Part shown: positions 53,219 through 64,000 of the stretch, piece by piece
How the letters are laid out: each line of letters begins with the position of its first letter
How positions within the stretch are numbered: the first letter of the stretch is position 1
Source: the human T2T-CHM13v2.0 reference genome, Homo sapiens
Direction of reading: 5' to 3'
Length of the DNA stretch: 64,000 nt
Assembly (NCBI GenBank): GCA_009914755.4
Contig: CP086569.2
Coordinates: forward strand, 28,896,001-28,960,000
Made by a program: the position numbers and the translations under genes
Notes under the pieces: model-generated
The model's database searches: none
What the model was told of the DNA's origin: nothing
Seen by the model: only the letters and a program-made list of their open reading frames with translations

Positions 53219-56200
53219 GTGCCAGTCGATTGCATTGCATACTACACCATTCCAAAGGAGTCCATTCCATTCTATCTCAACACTTTCCATTCCAGTCTGT
53301 TCGAGTCCATTCCATTCCAGTCCATTTAATTCAAGGGCATTCCATTCCATTCCATTCCATTTCATATTATTCCATTCCATTCAATTCCATTCCAGATGAT
53401 TCCATTCCATTCTATACCATTGCTCTCTGTTCCATTCCATTCCATCTGTCTCCATTCCTTTAGTTTCGATTCCTTTCCATTCCATTCCATTACGTTTGAT
53501 CCTATTTTATTAAATTGCATTCTATTCGAGTGATTTCCATTCGAGTCCTTTCCATTCGATTCCATTCCATTCTATTCCATTCCTTTGGATTCCATTCCAT
53601 TTCGTTGCGTTCACATCAATTCCTTGCGATTCCATTACATTCGATTTCTTGCCATTCGATTCCATTCCTTTTGACTCCATTTCATTCGATTCCATTCCAT
53701 TCCATTAATTTCCATTCCATTCGAGACCTTTCCATTGCAGTCTTTTCCCTTCGAGTCCATTCCGTTCGATTCCCTTCCATTCGATTCCATTCCATTGGAG
53801 TCCGTACCAGTCGAGTCCATTCTATTCCAGTCCATTAGTTTCGACTCCATTGCATTCGAGTGCATTCCATTCCGTGGCTGTCCATTCCATTCCGTTTGAT
53901 GCCATTCCATACGATTCCATTCAATTCGAGACCATTCTATTCCTGTCCATTCCTTGTGGTTCGATTCCATTTCACTCTAGTCCATTCCATTCCATTCAAT
54001 TCCATTCGACTCTATTCCGTTCCATTCAATTCCATTCCATTCGATTCCATTTTTGTCGAGAACCTTCCATTACACTCCCTTCCATTCCAGTGCATTCCAT
54101 TCCAGTCTCTTCAGTTCGATTCCATTCCATTCGTTTCGATTCCTTTCCATTCCAGCCCATTCCATTCCATTCCATTCCTTTCCTTTCCGTTTCATTAGAT
54201 TCCATTGCATTCGATTCCATTCAATTCAAATCCGTGCTATTCAATTTGATTCATTTCCATTTAATTCCATTCCATTAGATTCCATTCCGTACGATTCCAT
54301 TCCTTTTGAATCCATTCCATTGGAGTCCATTCACTTCCAGAACATTCCATTATAGTCGAATCCATTCGAGGACATTCCATTAAAGTTCATTACATTCTAA
54401 TACATTCCATTCCATTGCATTCCATTCCATTCCATTCGATGCCATTCGATTCCATTCCATGCCAAATCATTGCATTCCTTTCCATTCCGTTCCTATCAAT
54501 TCCATTCCATTCGATTTAGTTCGATTCTATTCACTTCCATTCTGTTCGATTCCATTCCATTGGAGTGAATTCCTTTTGACACCCAGCCTTTCCAGTCAAT
54601 GATTTTGGAGTCCATTTTTTTGCATTCCATTACACTCTATGACATTCGATTCTGTTTCATTGCATTCCATTCCATACATTTTTATTCCATTCGAGACAGT
54701 AGCATTCTGCTTTATTCCAGGCCTGTCCATTACACTACATTCCCTTCCATTCCAATGAATTCCACTGCATTCCAATCCATTCATTTCCTTTCGCTTGCAT
54801 TCCATTCTATTCTCTTCTACTGCATACAATTTCACTCCATTCGTTCCCATTCCATTCAATTCCATTCCATTCAATTCCATTCCATTTGTTTCCATTCTCT
54901 TCGATTCCATTTCTTTATATTCCATGCCATTCGATTCCATTCTATTGGATTGCATTACATTCTTGTTCATTCCATTCCAGACCATTCCATTTGACTCCAT
55001 TCCTTTCGAGCCCTTTCAATTTGAGTCCATTCCTTTCCAGTCCATTTCACTCCAGTCCATTACTATCCATTCCATACCATTCCATCCCATTCCATTCCAT
55101 TCCATTCCATTCCATTCCATTCCATTGCATTCCATTCCATTCCATTCCATTGCACTGCACTCCATTCCATTACATTCTACTCTATCTGAGTCGATTTTAT
55201 TGCATTAGATTCTATTCCATTGGATTACTTTCCATTCGATTACATTTCATTCATGTACATTCCATTCCAGTCAATTACATTCGAGTTCATTACATTACAT
55301 TCCAGTGTATTCCATTATATTCGATCCCATTCCTTTCAATTCCATTTCATTCGACTCCATTATATTCGATTCCATTCCACTCGAATCCATTCCATTAGAG
55401 GACATTCCATTCCAATGCATTCCATTCCATTCCTTAGCATTCCATTGCGTTCGATTCCATTCCATTTGATGCCATTAAATTTCATGCCATTCCATGACAT
55501 TCCATTCCATTCGAGTCCATTCCGTTCCAATTCATTCCATTCCGTTTCATGAAATTCGAGTCCTTTCCAGTACATTTCATTCCAATCCCATCCAATCCCA
55601 TCTACTCCATTCAATTCCTTTCCATTCCATTTGATTATATTCCATTGATTTGATTCCATTCAGTTTGATTCCATTCCGTGAAATTTCCTTCTATTCTCTT
55701 CCATTGCATTACTTTCCATTCAATTCCATTCCATTTCATTTCAGTCCATTCGCTTCCTTTCATTTCGATTCAATTCCATTAGATTCCACTCCATTCTATG
55801 CGATTTCATTCCAATCGATTCAATTCCATTCGATGACATTCCTTTCGTTTCCATTCCATTCGAGTCCATTCAATTTGAGCATTCGTGTCCATTCTATTCG
55901 AGTCCATTCCATTACCGTCTATTCTATTCCCTTCCATTCCTGTTGATTCAATTTCATTCCCTTCCATTCGATTCCTTTCCATTCGATTCCATTCCTTTCC
56001 ATTCCATTCCATTCGTTCCCATTCCATGTGATTTCATTCCATTCCAGTCCATTATATTCGAGTCCACTCCACTCCATTCCATTACATTCAATTCCTTTTG
56101 AGTCCGTTCTATAACACTCCATTCATTTCGATTCCATTTCTTGCCAGTTTTCTTCCATTTTATTCCATTCCGTTCTATTCCATTCCATTCGATTGCATTC

Positions 56201-56772
56201 CATTCGAATCCTTTCCATTCCATTTCATTCCATTCCTTTCTATTCCATTCCATTTCATGCGATTTGATTCCATTCTGTTCTATTCCATTCAATTCTTTTT
56301 CATTCCATTCGCATCCTTTCTATTGCAGTCCATTACATTCGAATCCATTCCAATCCCTTCCATTCCATTCCATTACAGTCCATTCCAATAGATTCCATTC
56401 ATTTGCCTTCCATTCGAATCCATTCCATTCTAGTCCATTCCATTTGAGTCCATTCCATTCCATTCCATTCTATTCCTTTCCAATCCATTCGATTCCATTC
56501 GATTCAATTCCATTTGATTCTCTTTCATTCTATTTTATTCCATGTCATTTGATTGCATTGCATTCCAGTCCGTTTGATTCCAGTCCATTCAAGAAAGTTC
56601 CATTCCAGTCCATTGCTTTCCAGTCCATTCCATTCCACTCTAGTCTATTCCACTCCATTCCTTTCCATTCCATTCCATACTATTCCATTCCATTCCTTTG
56701 CATTCCGTTTCCAATCTATTCGAGTCCATTGCATTCCAGTCCAATCCATTCGATTACATTCCTTTTGATTCC
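53219..56772 (+). repeat. HOR unit u17 (3554 bp), canonical-like, anchor variant ccgtgcc, GGCC present
   Basis: Anchor spacing. ccaggcctgt at about 54720. Confidence 0.85.
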
Positions 56773-59700
56773 GTGCCAGTCGATTGCATTGCATACTACA
56801 CCATTCCAAAGGAGTCCATTCCATTCTATCTCAACACTTTCCATTCCACTCTGTTCGAGTCCATTCCATTCCAGTCCATTTAATTCAAGGGCATTCCATT
56901 CCATTCCATTCCATTTCATATTATTCCATTCCATTCAATTCCATTCCAGATGATTCCATTCCATTCTATACCATTGCTCTCTGTTCCATTCCATTCCATC
57001 TGTCTCCATTCCTTTCGTTTCGATTCCTTTCCATTCCATTCCATTACATTTGATCCTATTTTATTAAATTGCATTCTATTCGAGTGATTTCCATTCGAGT
57101 CCTTTCCATTCCATTCCATTCCTTTGGATTCCATTCCATTTCGTTCCGTTCACATCAATTCCTTGCGATTCCATTACATTCGATTTCTTGCCATTCGATT
57201 CCATTCCTTTTGACTCCATTTCATTCGATTCCATTCCATTCCATTAATTTCCATTCCATTCGAGACCTTTCCATTGCAGTCTTTTCCCTTCGAGTCCATT
57301 CCGTTCGATTCCCTTCCATTCGATTCCATTCCATTGGAGTCCGTACCAGTTGAGTCCATTCTATTCCAGTCCATTAGTTTCGACTCCATTGCATTCGAGT
57401 GCATTCCATTCCGTGGCTGTCCATTCCATTCCGTTTGATGCCATTCCATACGATTCCATTCAATTCGAGACCATTCTATTCCTGTCCATTCCTTGTGGTT
57501 CGATTCCATTTCACTCTAGTCCATTCCATTCCATTCAATTCCATTCGACTCTATTCTGTTCCATTCAATTCCATTACATTCGATTCCATTTTTGTCGAGA
57601 ACCTTCCATTACACTCCCTTCCATTCCAGTGCATTCCATTCCAGTCTCTTCAGTTCGATTCCATTCCATTCGTTTCGATTCCTTTCCATTCCAGCCCATT
57701 CCATTCCATTCCATTCCTTTCCTTTCCGTTTCATTAGATTCCATTGCATTCGATTCCATTCAATTCAATTCCGTGCTATTCAATTTGATTCATTTCCATT
57801 TAATTCCATTCCATTAGATTCCATTCCGTACGATTCCATTCCTTTTGAATCCATTCCATTGGAGTCCATTCACTTCCAGAACATTCCATTCCAGTCGAAT
57901 CCATTCGAGGACATTCCATTAAAGTTCTTTACATTCTAATACATTCCATTCCATTGCATTCCATTCCATTCCATTCGATGCCATTCGATTCCATTCCATT
58001 CCAAATCATTGCATTTCTTTCCATTCCGTTCCTATCAATTCCATTCCATTCGATTTAGTTCGATTCTATTCACTTCCATTCCATTCGATTCCATTCCATT
58101 GGAGTCAATTCCTTTCGACATCCAGCCTTTCCAGTCAATGATTTTGGAGTCCATTTTTTTGCATTCCATTACATTCTATGACATTCGATTCCGTTTCATT
58201 GCATTCCATTCCATACATTTTTATTCCATTCGAGACCGTAGCATTCCACTTTATTCCAGGCCTGTCCATTACACTACATTCCCTTCCATTCCAATGAATT
58301 CCATTCCATTCCAATCCATTCCTTTCCTTTCGCTTGCATTCCATTCTATTCTCTTCTACTGCATACAATTTCACTCCATTCGTTCCCATTCCATTCGATT
58401 CCATTCCATTCAATTCCATTCCATTTGTTTCCATTCTCTTCGATTCCATTTCTTTATATTCCATGCCATTCGATTCCATTCTATTGGATTGAATTACATT
58501 CGTGTTCATTCCATTCCAGACCATTCCATTTGACTCCATTCCTTTCGAGCCCTTTCAATTTGAGTCCATTCTTTCCAGTCCATTTCACTCCAGTCCATTA
58601 CTATCCATTCCATACCATTCCATTCCATTCCATTCCATTCCATTGCATTCCATTCCATTCCATTCCATTGCACTGCACTCCATTCCATTACATTCTACTC
58701 TATCTGAGTCGATTTCATTGCATTAGATTCTATTCCATTGGATTACTTTCCATTCGATTACATTTCATTCATGTACATTCCATTCCAGTCAATTACATTC
58801 GAGTTCATTATATTACATTCCAGTATATTCCATTGTATTCGATCCCAATCCTTTCAATTCCATTTCATTCGACTCCATTATATTCGATTCCATTCCACTC
58901 GAATCCATTCCATTAGAGGACATTCCATTCCAATGCATTCCATTCCATTCCATAGCATTCCATTGCATTCGATTCCATTCCATTTGATGCCATTCCATTT
59001 GATGCCATTCCATGACATTCCATTCCATTTGAGTCCATTCCGTTCCAATTCATTCCTTTCCGTTTCATGAAATTCGAGTCCTTTCCAGTACATTTCATTC
59101 CAATCCCATCCAATCCCATCTACTCCATTCAATTCCTTTCCATTCCATTTGATTATATTCCATTGATTTGATTCCATTCAGTTTGATTCCATTCCGTGAA
59201 ATTTCCTTCCATTCTCTTCCATTGCATTACTTTCCATTCAATTCCATTCCATTTCATTTCAGTCCATTCGCTTCCTTTCTTTTCGATTCAATTCCATTTG
59301 ATTCCACTCCATTCTATGCGATTTCATTCCAATCGATTCAATTCCATTCGATGACATTCCTTTCGTTTCCATTCCATTCGAGTCCATTCAGTTTGAGCAT
59401 TCGTGTCCATTCTATTCGAGTCCATTCCATTACCGTCTATTCTATTCCCTTCCATTCCTGTTGATTCAATTTCATTCCCTTCCATTCGATTCCTTTCCAT
59501 TCGATTCCATTCCTTTCCATTCCATTCCATTCGTTCCCATTCCATGTGATTTCATTCCATTCCAGTCCATTATATTCGAGTCCACTCCACTCCATTCTAT
59601 TACATTCAATTCCTTTTGAGTCCGTTCCATAACACTCCATTCATTTCGATTCCATTTCTTGCCAGTTTTCTTCCATTTTATTCCATTCCGTTCGATTCCA

Positions 59701-60279
59701 TTCCATTCGATTGCATTCCATTCGAATCCTTTCCATTCCATTTCATTCCATTCCTTTCTATTCCATTCCATTTCATTCGATTTGATTCCATTCTGTTCTA
59801 TTCCATTCAATTCTTTTTCATTCCATTCGAATCCTTTCTATTGCAGTCCATTCCATTCGAGTCCATTCCAATCCCTTCCATTCCATTCCATTACAGTCCA
59901 TTCCAATAGATTCCATTCCTTTGCCTTCCATTCGAATCCATTCCATTCTAGTCCATTCCATTTGAGTCAATTCCATTCTATTCCTTTCCAATCCATTCGA
60001 TTCCATTCGATTCAATTCCGTTTGATTCTCTTTCATTCTATTTTATTCCATGCCATTTGATTGCATTGCATTCCATTCCGTTTGATTCCAGTCCATTCAA
60101 GATAGTTCCATTCCAGTCCATTGCTTTCCAGTCCATTCCATTCCACTCTAGTCTATTCCACTCCATTCCTTTCCATTCCATTCCATACTATTCCATTCCA
60201 TTCCTTTGCTTTCCGTTTCCAATCTATTCGAGTCCATTGCATTCCAGTCCAATCCATTCGATTACATTCTTTTGATTCC
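56773..60279 (+). repeat. HOR unit u18 (3507 bp), canonical-like, GGCC present. Its 3' end shares a variant with u0 and the region before u2 (MKENQ.ELNRME-type artefact ORF)
   Basis: ORF 59818-60036 is near-identical to 3136-3354. Confidence 0.8.
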
Positions 60280-63200
60280 CTGCCAGTCGATTGCATTGCA
60301 TACTAGACCATTCCAAACGAGTCCATTCCATTCTATTTCAACACTTTCCATTCCACTCTCTTCGAGTCCATTCCATTCCAGTCCATTTAATTCAAGGGCA
60401 TTCCATTCCATTCTATTCCATTTCCTATTATTCCATTCCATTCAATTCCATTCGAGATGATTCCATTCCATTCTATACCATTGCTCTCTGTTCCATTCCA
60501 TTCCATCTGTCTCCATTCCTTTCGTTTCGATTCCTTTCCATTCCATTCCATTACATTTGATCCTATTTTATTAAATTGCATTCTATTCGAGTGATTTCCA
60601 TTCGAGTCCTTAGCATTCGATTCCATTCCATTCTATTCCATTCCTTTGGATTCCATTCCGTTCCGTTCCGTTCACATCAATTCCTTGCGATTCCATTACA
60701 TTCGATTTCTTGCCATTCGATTCCATTCCTTTTGACTCCATTTCATTCGATTCCATTCCATTCCATTAATTTCCATTCCATTCGAGACCTTTCCATTGCA
60801 GTCTTTTCCCTTCGAGTCCATTCCGTTCGATTCCCTTCCATTCGATTCCATTCCATTGGAGTCCGTACCAGTCGAGTCCATTCTATTCCAGTCAATTAGT
60901 TTCGACTCCATTGCATTCGAGTGCATTCCATTCCGTGGCTGTCCATTCCATTTCGTTTGATGCCATTCCATAAGATTCCATTCAATTCGAGACCATTCTA
61001 TTCCTGTCCATTCCTTGTGGTTCGATTCCATTTCACTCTAGTCCATTCCATTCCATTGAATTCCATTCAACTCTATTCCGTTCCATTCAATTCCATTCCT
61101 TTCGATTCCCTTTTTTTCGAGAACCTTCCATTACACTCCCTTCCATTCCAGTGCATTCCATTCCAGTCTCTTCAGTTCGATTCCATTCCATTCGTTTCGA
61201 TTCCATTCCATTCCAGCCCATTCCATTCCATTCCATTCCGTTCCTTTCCGTTTCATTAGATTCCATTGCATTCGATTCCATTCAATTCAATTCCGTGCTA
61301 TTCAATTTGATTCATTTCCATTTAATTCCATTCCATTATATTCCATTCCTTTCGATTCCATTCCTTTCGAATCCATTCCATTGGAGTGCATTCACTTCCA
61401 GAACATTCCATTCCAGTCGAATCCATTCGAGTACATTCCATTAAAGTTCATTACATTCTAATACATTCCATTCCATTGCATTCCATTCCATTCCTTTCGA
61501 TGCCATTCGATTCCAATCCATGCCAAATCATTGCATTCCTTTCCATTCCGTTCCTATCAATTCCATTCCATTCGATTTAGTTCGATTCTATTCACTTCCA
61601 TTCCATTCGATTCCATTCCATTGGAGTCAATTCCTTTCGACACCCAGCCTTTCCAGTCAATGATTTTGGATTCCATTTTTTTGCATTCCATTACATTCTA
61701 TGACATTCGATTCCGTTTCATTGCATTCCATTCCATACATTTTTATTCCATTCGAGACCGTAGCATTCCACTTTATTCCAGGCCTGTCCATTACACTACA
61801 TTCCCTTCCATTCCAATGAATTCCATTCCATTCCAATCCATTCCTTTCCTTTCGCTTGCATTCCATTCTATTCTCTTCTACTGCATACAATTTCACTCCA
61901 TTCGTTCCCATTCCATTCAATTCCATTCCATTCAATTCCATTCCATTTGTTTCCATTCTCTTCGATTCCATTTCTTTATATTCCATGCCATTCGATTCCA
62001 TTCTATTGGATTGCATTACATTCGTGTTCATTCCATTCCAGACCATTCCATTTGACTCCATTCCTTTCGAGCCCTTTCAATTTGAGTCCATTCCTTTCCA
62101 GTCCATTTCACTCCAGTCCATTACTATCCATTCCATACCATTGCATCCCATTCCATTCCATTCCATTCCATTCCATTCCATTCCATTCCATTGCATTCAA
62201 TTCCATTCCATTCCATTGCACTGCACTCCATTCCATTACATTCTACTCTATCTGAGTCGGTTTTATTGCATTAGATTGTATTCCATTGGATTACTTTCCA
62301 TTCGATTACATTCCATTCATGTACATTCCATTCCAGTCAATTACATTCGAGTTCATTACATTACATTCCAGTATATTCCATTGTATTCGATCCCATTCCT
62401 TTCAATTCCATTTCATTCGACTCCATTATATTCGATTCCATTCCACTCGAATCCATTCCATTAGAGGACATTCCATTCCAATGCATTCCATTCCATTCCA
62501 TAACATTCCATTGCATTCGATTCCATTCCATTTGATGTCATTCCATTTGATGCCATTCCATGACATTCCATTCCATTCGAGTCCCTTCCGTTCCAATTCA
62601 TTCCATTCCGTTTCATGAAATTCGAGTCCTTTCCAGTACATTTCATTCCAATCCCATCCAATCCAATCTACTCCATTCAATTCCTTTCCATTCCATTTGA
62701 TTAGATTCCATTGATGTGATTCCATTCAGTTTGATTCCATTCCGTGAAATTTCGTTCCATTCTATTCCATTGCATTACTTTCCATTCAATTCCATTCCAT
62801 TTCATTTCAGTCCATTCGCTTCCTTTCCTTTCGATTCAATTCCATTTGATTCCACTCCATTCTATGCGATTTCATTCCAATCGATTCAATTCCATTCGAT
62901 GACATTCCTTTCGTTTCCATTCTATTCGAGTCCATTCAATTTGAGCATTCGTGTCCATTCTATTCGAGTCCATTCCATTACCGTCTATTCTATTCCCTTC
63001 CATTCCTGTTGATTCAATTTCATTCCCTTCCATTCGATTCCTTTCCATTCGATTCCATTCCTTTCCATTCCATTCCATTCGTTCCCATTCCGTGTGATTT
63101 CATTCCATTCCAGTCCATTATATTCGAGTCCACTCCACTCCATTCTATTACATTCAATTCCTTTTGAGTCCGTTCCATAACACTCCATTCATTTCGATTC

Positions 63201-63838
63201 CATTTCTTGCCAGTTTGCTTCCATTTTATTCCATTCCGTTCGATTCCATTCCATTCGATTGCATTCCATTCGAATCCTTTCCATTCCATTTCATTCCATT
63301 CCTTTCTATTCCATTCCATTTCATTCGATTTGATTCCATTCTGTTCTATTCCATTCAATTCTTTTTCATTCCATTCGAATCCTTTCTATTGCAGTCCATT
63401 CCATTCGAGTCCATTCCAATCCCTTCCATTACATTCCATTACAGTCCATTCCAATAGATTCCATTCCTTTGCCTTCCATTCGAATCCATTCCATTCTAGT
63501 CCATTCCATTTGAGTCAATTCCATTCCATTCCATTCTATTCCTTTCCAATCCATTCGATTCCATTCGATTCAATTCCATTTGATTCTCTTTCATTCTATT
63601 TTATTCCATGCCATTTGATTGCATTGCATTCCATTCCGTTTGATTCCAGTCCATTCAAGAAAGTTCCATTCAAGTCCATTGCTTTCCAGTCCATTCCATT
63701 CCACTCTAGTCTATTCCACTCCATTCCTTTCCATTCCATTCCATACTATTCCATTCCATTCCTTTGCATTCCGTTTCCAATCTATTCGAGTCCATTGCAT
63801 TCCAGTCCAATCCATTCGATTACATTCCTTTTGATTCC
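60280..63838 (+). repeat. HOR unit u19 (3559 bp), same variant class as u1 and u2, GGCC present
   Basis: ORFs 60387-60626, 60696-61031 and 61531-62055 are near-identical to 172-411, 481-816 and 1316-1840. Confidence 0.85.
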
Positions 63839-64000
63839 CTGCCAGTCGATTGCATTGCATACTACACCATTCCAAAGGAGTCCATTCCATTCTACCTCAA
63901 CACTTTCCATTCCACTCTGTTCGAGTCCATTCCATTCCAGTCCATTTAATTCAAGGGCATTCCATTCCATTCCATTCCATTTCATATTATTCCATTCCAT
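63839..64000 (+). repeat. HOR unit u20, partial (5' end only)
   Basis: Anchor motif at 63839. The window ends 162 bp later. Confidence 0.7.

Larger units (their letters stand above)
1..64000. repeat. HSat3-type pentameric satellite array, (CATTC)n on the + strand and (GGAAT)n on the - strand, covering the whole window with no unique sequence
   Basis: Direct reading of the sequence. More than 90% of the window is ttcca/cattc pentamers with scattered diverged variants (cattcgattcc, cattcgagtcc, ccgttcc). The + strand is almost devoid of G. All track ORFs are FHSIP- or MEWNG-type low-complexity translations of the pentamer. Confidence 0.95.
1..64000. repeat. DYZ1: Higher-order repeat organisation with a roughly 3.53-3.56 kb unit (19 complete units plus 2 partial end units), consistent with the male-specific DYZ1 3.56 kb repeat of human Yq12
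   Basis: Anchor motif ctgccagtcgattgcattgcatact recurs at 65, 3598, 7147, 10705, 14249, 17793, 21312, 24841, 28360, 31908, 35443, 37697, 41156, 44704, 48239, 50493, 53219 (ccgtgcc variant), 56773, 60280 and 63839. That gives periods of 3533, 3549, 3558, 3544, 3544, 3519, 3529, 3519, 3548, 3535, 2254, 3459, 3548, 3535, 2254, 2726, 3554, 3507 and 3559. A TTCCA-pentamer repeat with a 3.56 kb unit and one HaeIII site per canonical unit is the textbook description of DYZ1. The locus assignment is from memory, not from a search. Confidence 0.6.

Noticed and set aside
65-63839. A roughly 60.2 kb true higher-order period (u1 resembles u19)
   Set aside because: Only one repeat of this offset fits in the window, and it rests on a few shared variants. 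It is kept as a low-confidence observation, not a feature.
1-64000. Possible CRISPR array or other prokaryotic repeat-spacer or defence locus, as the prompt suggests
   Set aside because: The repeat is 5 bp with a 3.5 kb higher-order period. There are no 25-40 bp direct repeats separated by unique spacers, no cas-like ORFs and no operon structure. The sequence is eukaryotic heterochromatic satellite.
1-64000. Alpha-satellite or centromeric 171 bp repeat
   Set aside because: I could see no 171 bp periodicity and no AT-rich alphoid monomer. The period-5 signal dominates.
1-64000. HSat2 rather than HSat3
   Set aside because: HSat2 is more diverged, with 23/26 bp CATTCGATTCCATTCGATGAT-type subrepeats. 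Here long near-perfect CATTC runs alternate with single-variant pentamers, and the 3.56 kb HOR fits the HSat3/DYZ1 class. Residual uncertainty remains without a RepeatMasker run.
1-64000. Transposable-element insertions (Alu, L1, LTR) or telomeric TTAGGG tracts interrupting the array
   Set aside because: Scanning the units, I found no non-satellite segment longer than about 50 bp, no poly-A tails or target-site duplications, and no TTAGGG runs. The short complex islands recur once per unit and belong to the HOR.
1-64000. tRNA, rRNA or structured ncRNA genes
   Set aside because: I found no sequence of sufficient complexity. A tRNA-like hit would be spurious in a G-depleted pentamer repeat.
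1-64000. Specific HSF1-binding heat-shock elements or promoters
   Set aside because: GAA/TTC triplets are an unavoidable by-product of the pentamer. Calling individual regulatory sites would not be supportable from sequence.

Overview
The whole 64 kb window is one uninterrupted block of simple-sequence satellite DNA of the human satellite III (HSat3) type. The + strand reads (CATTC)n / (TTCCA)n and the - strand (GGAAT)n. I found no unique sequence, credible protein-coding gene, RNA gene, transposon, CRISPR array or operon-like system. Every ORF in the supplied six-frame track is a translation artefact. The pure pentamer has no stop codon in any frame on either strand. It translates to FHSIP-type repeats on the + strand and to MEWNG-type repeats, with an ATG every 15 nt, on the - strand.

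The pentamers are organised into a higher-order repeat (HOR) of about 3.53-3.56 kb. Anchoring on a conserved non-pentameric motif (CCCTGCCAGTCGATTGCATTGCATACTAGACC) gives 19 complete units plus 2 partial end units. Sixteen are full length (3459-3559 bp) and three carry internal deletions (2254, 2254 and 2726 bp). This unit length and composition match the classic male-specific DYZ1 3.56 kb repeat of human Yq12 heterochromatin. I have not confirmed that by a database search, so it is a recognition call.

Superimposed on the 3.5 kb HOR are recent, near-identical larger amplifications. One is a 7,048 bp two-unit super-repeat present twice (about 17.8-31.9 kb). The other is a roughly 16.3 kb tandem duplication (about 22.26-38.59 kb copied at about 38.6-51.45 kb) whose second copy has lost exactly one 3,544 bp unit. 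The two copies share private indels: a 1 bp frameshift, a roughly 48 bp deletion and a roughly 1.29 kb deletion. Units in this derived middle domain have lost the single HaeIII (GGCC) site that defines the classical 3.4/3.56 kb DYZ1 ladder. The flanking units (1-17.8 kb and 51.5-64 kb) keep it.

All identity statements are by-eye comparisons of the sequence and the ORF track. None is a computed alignment.
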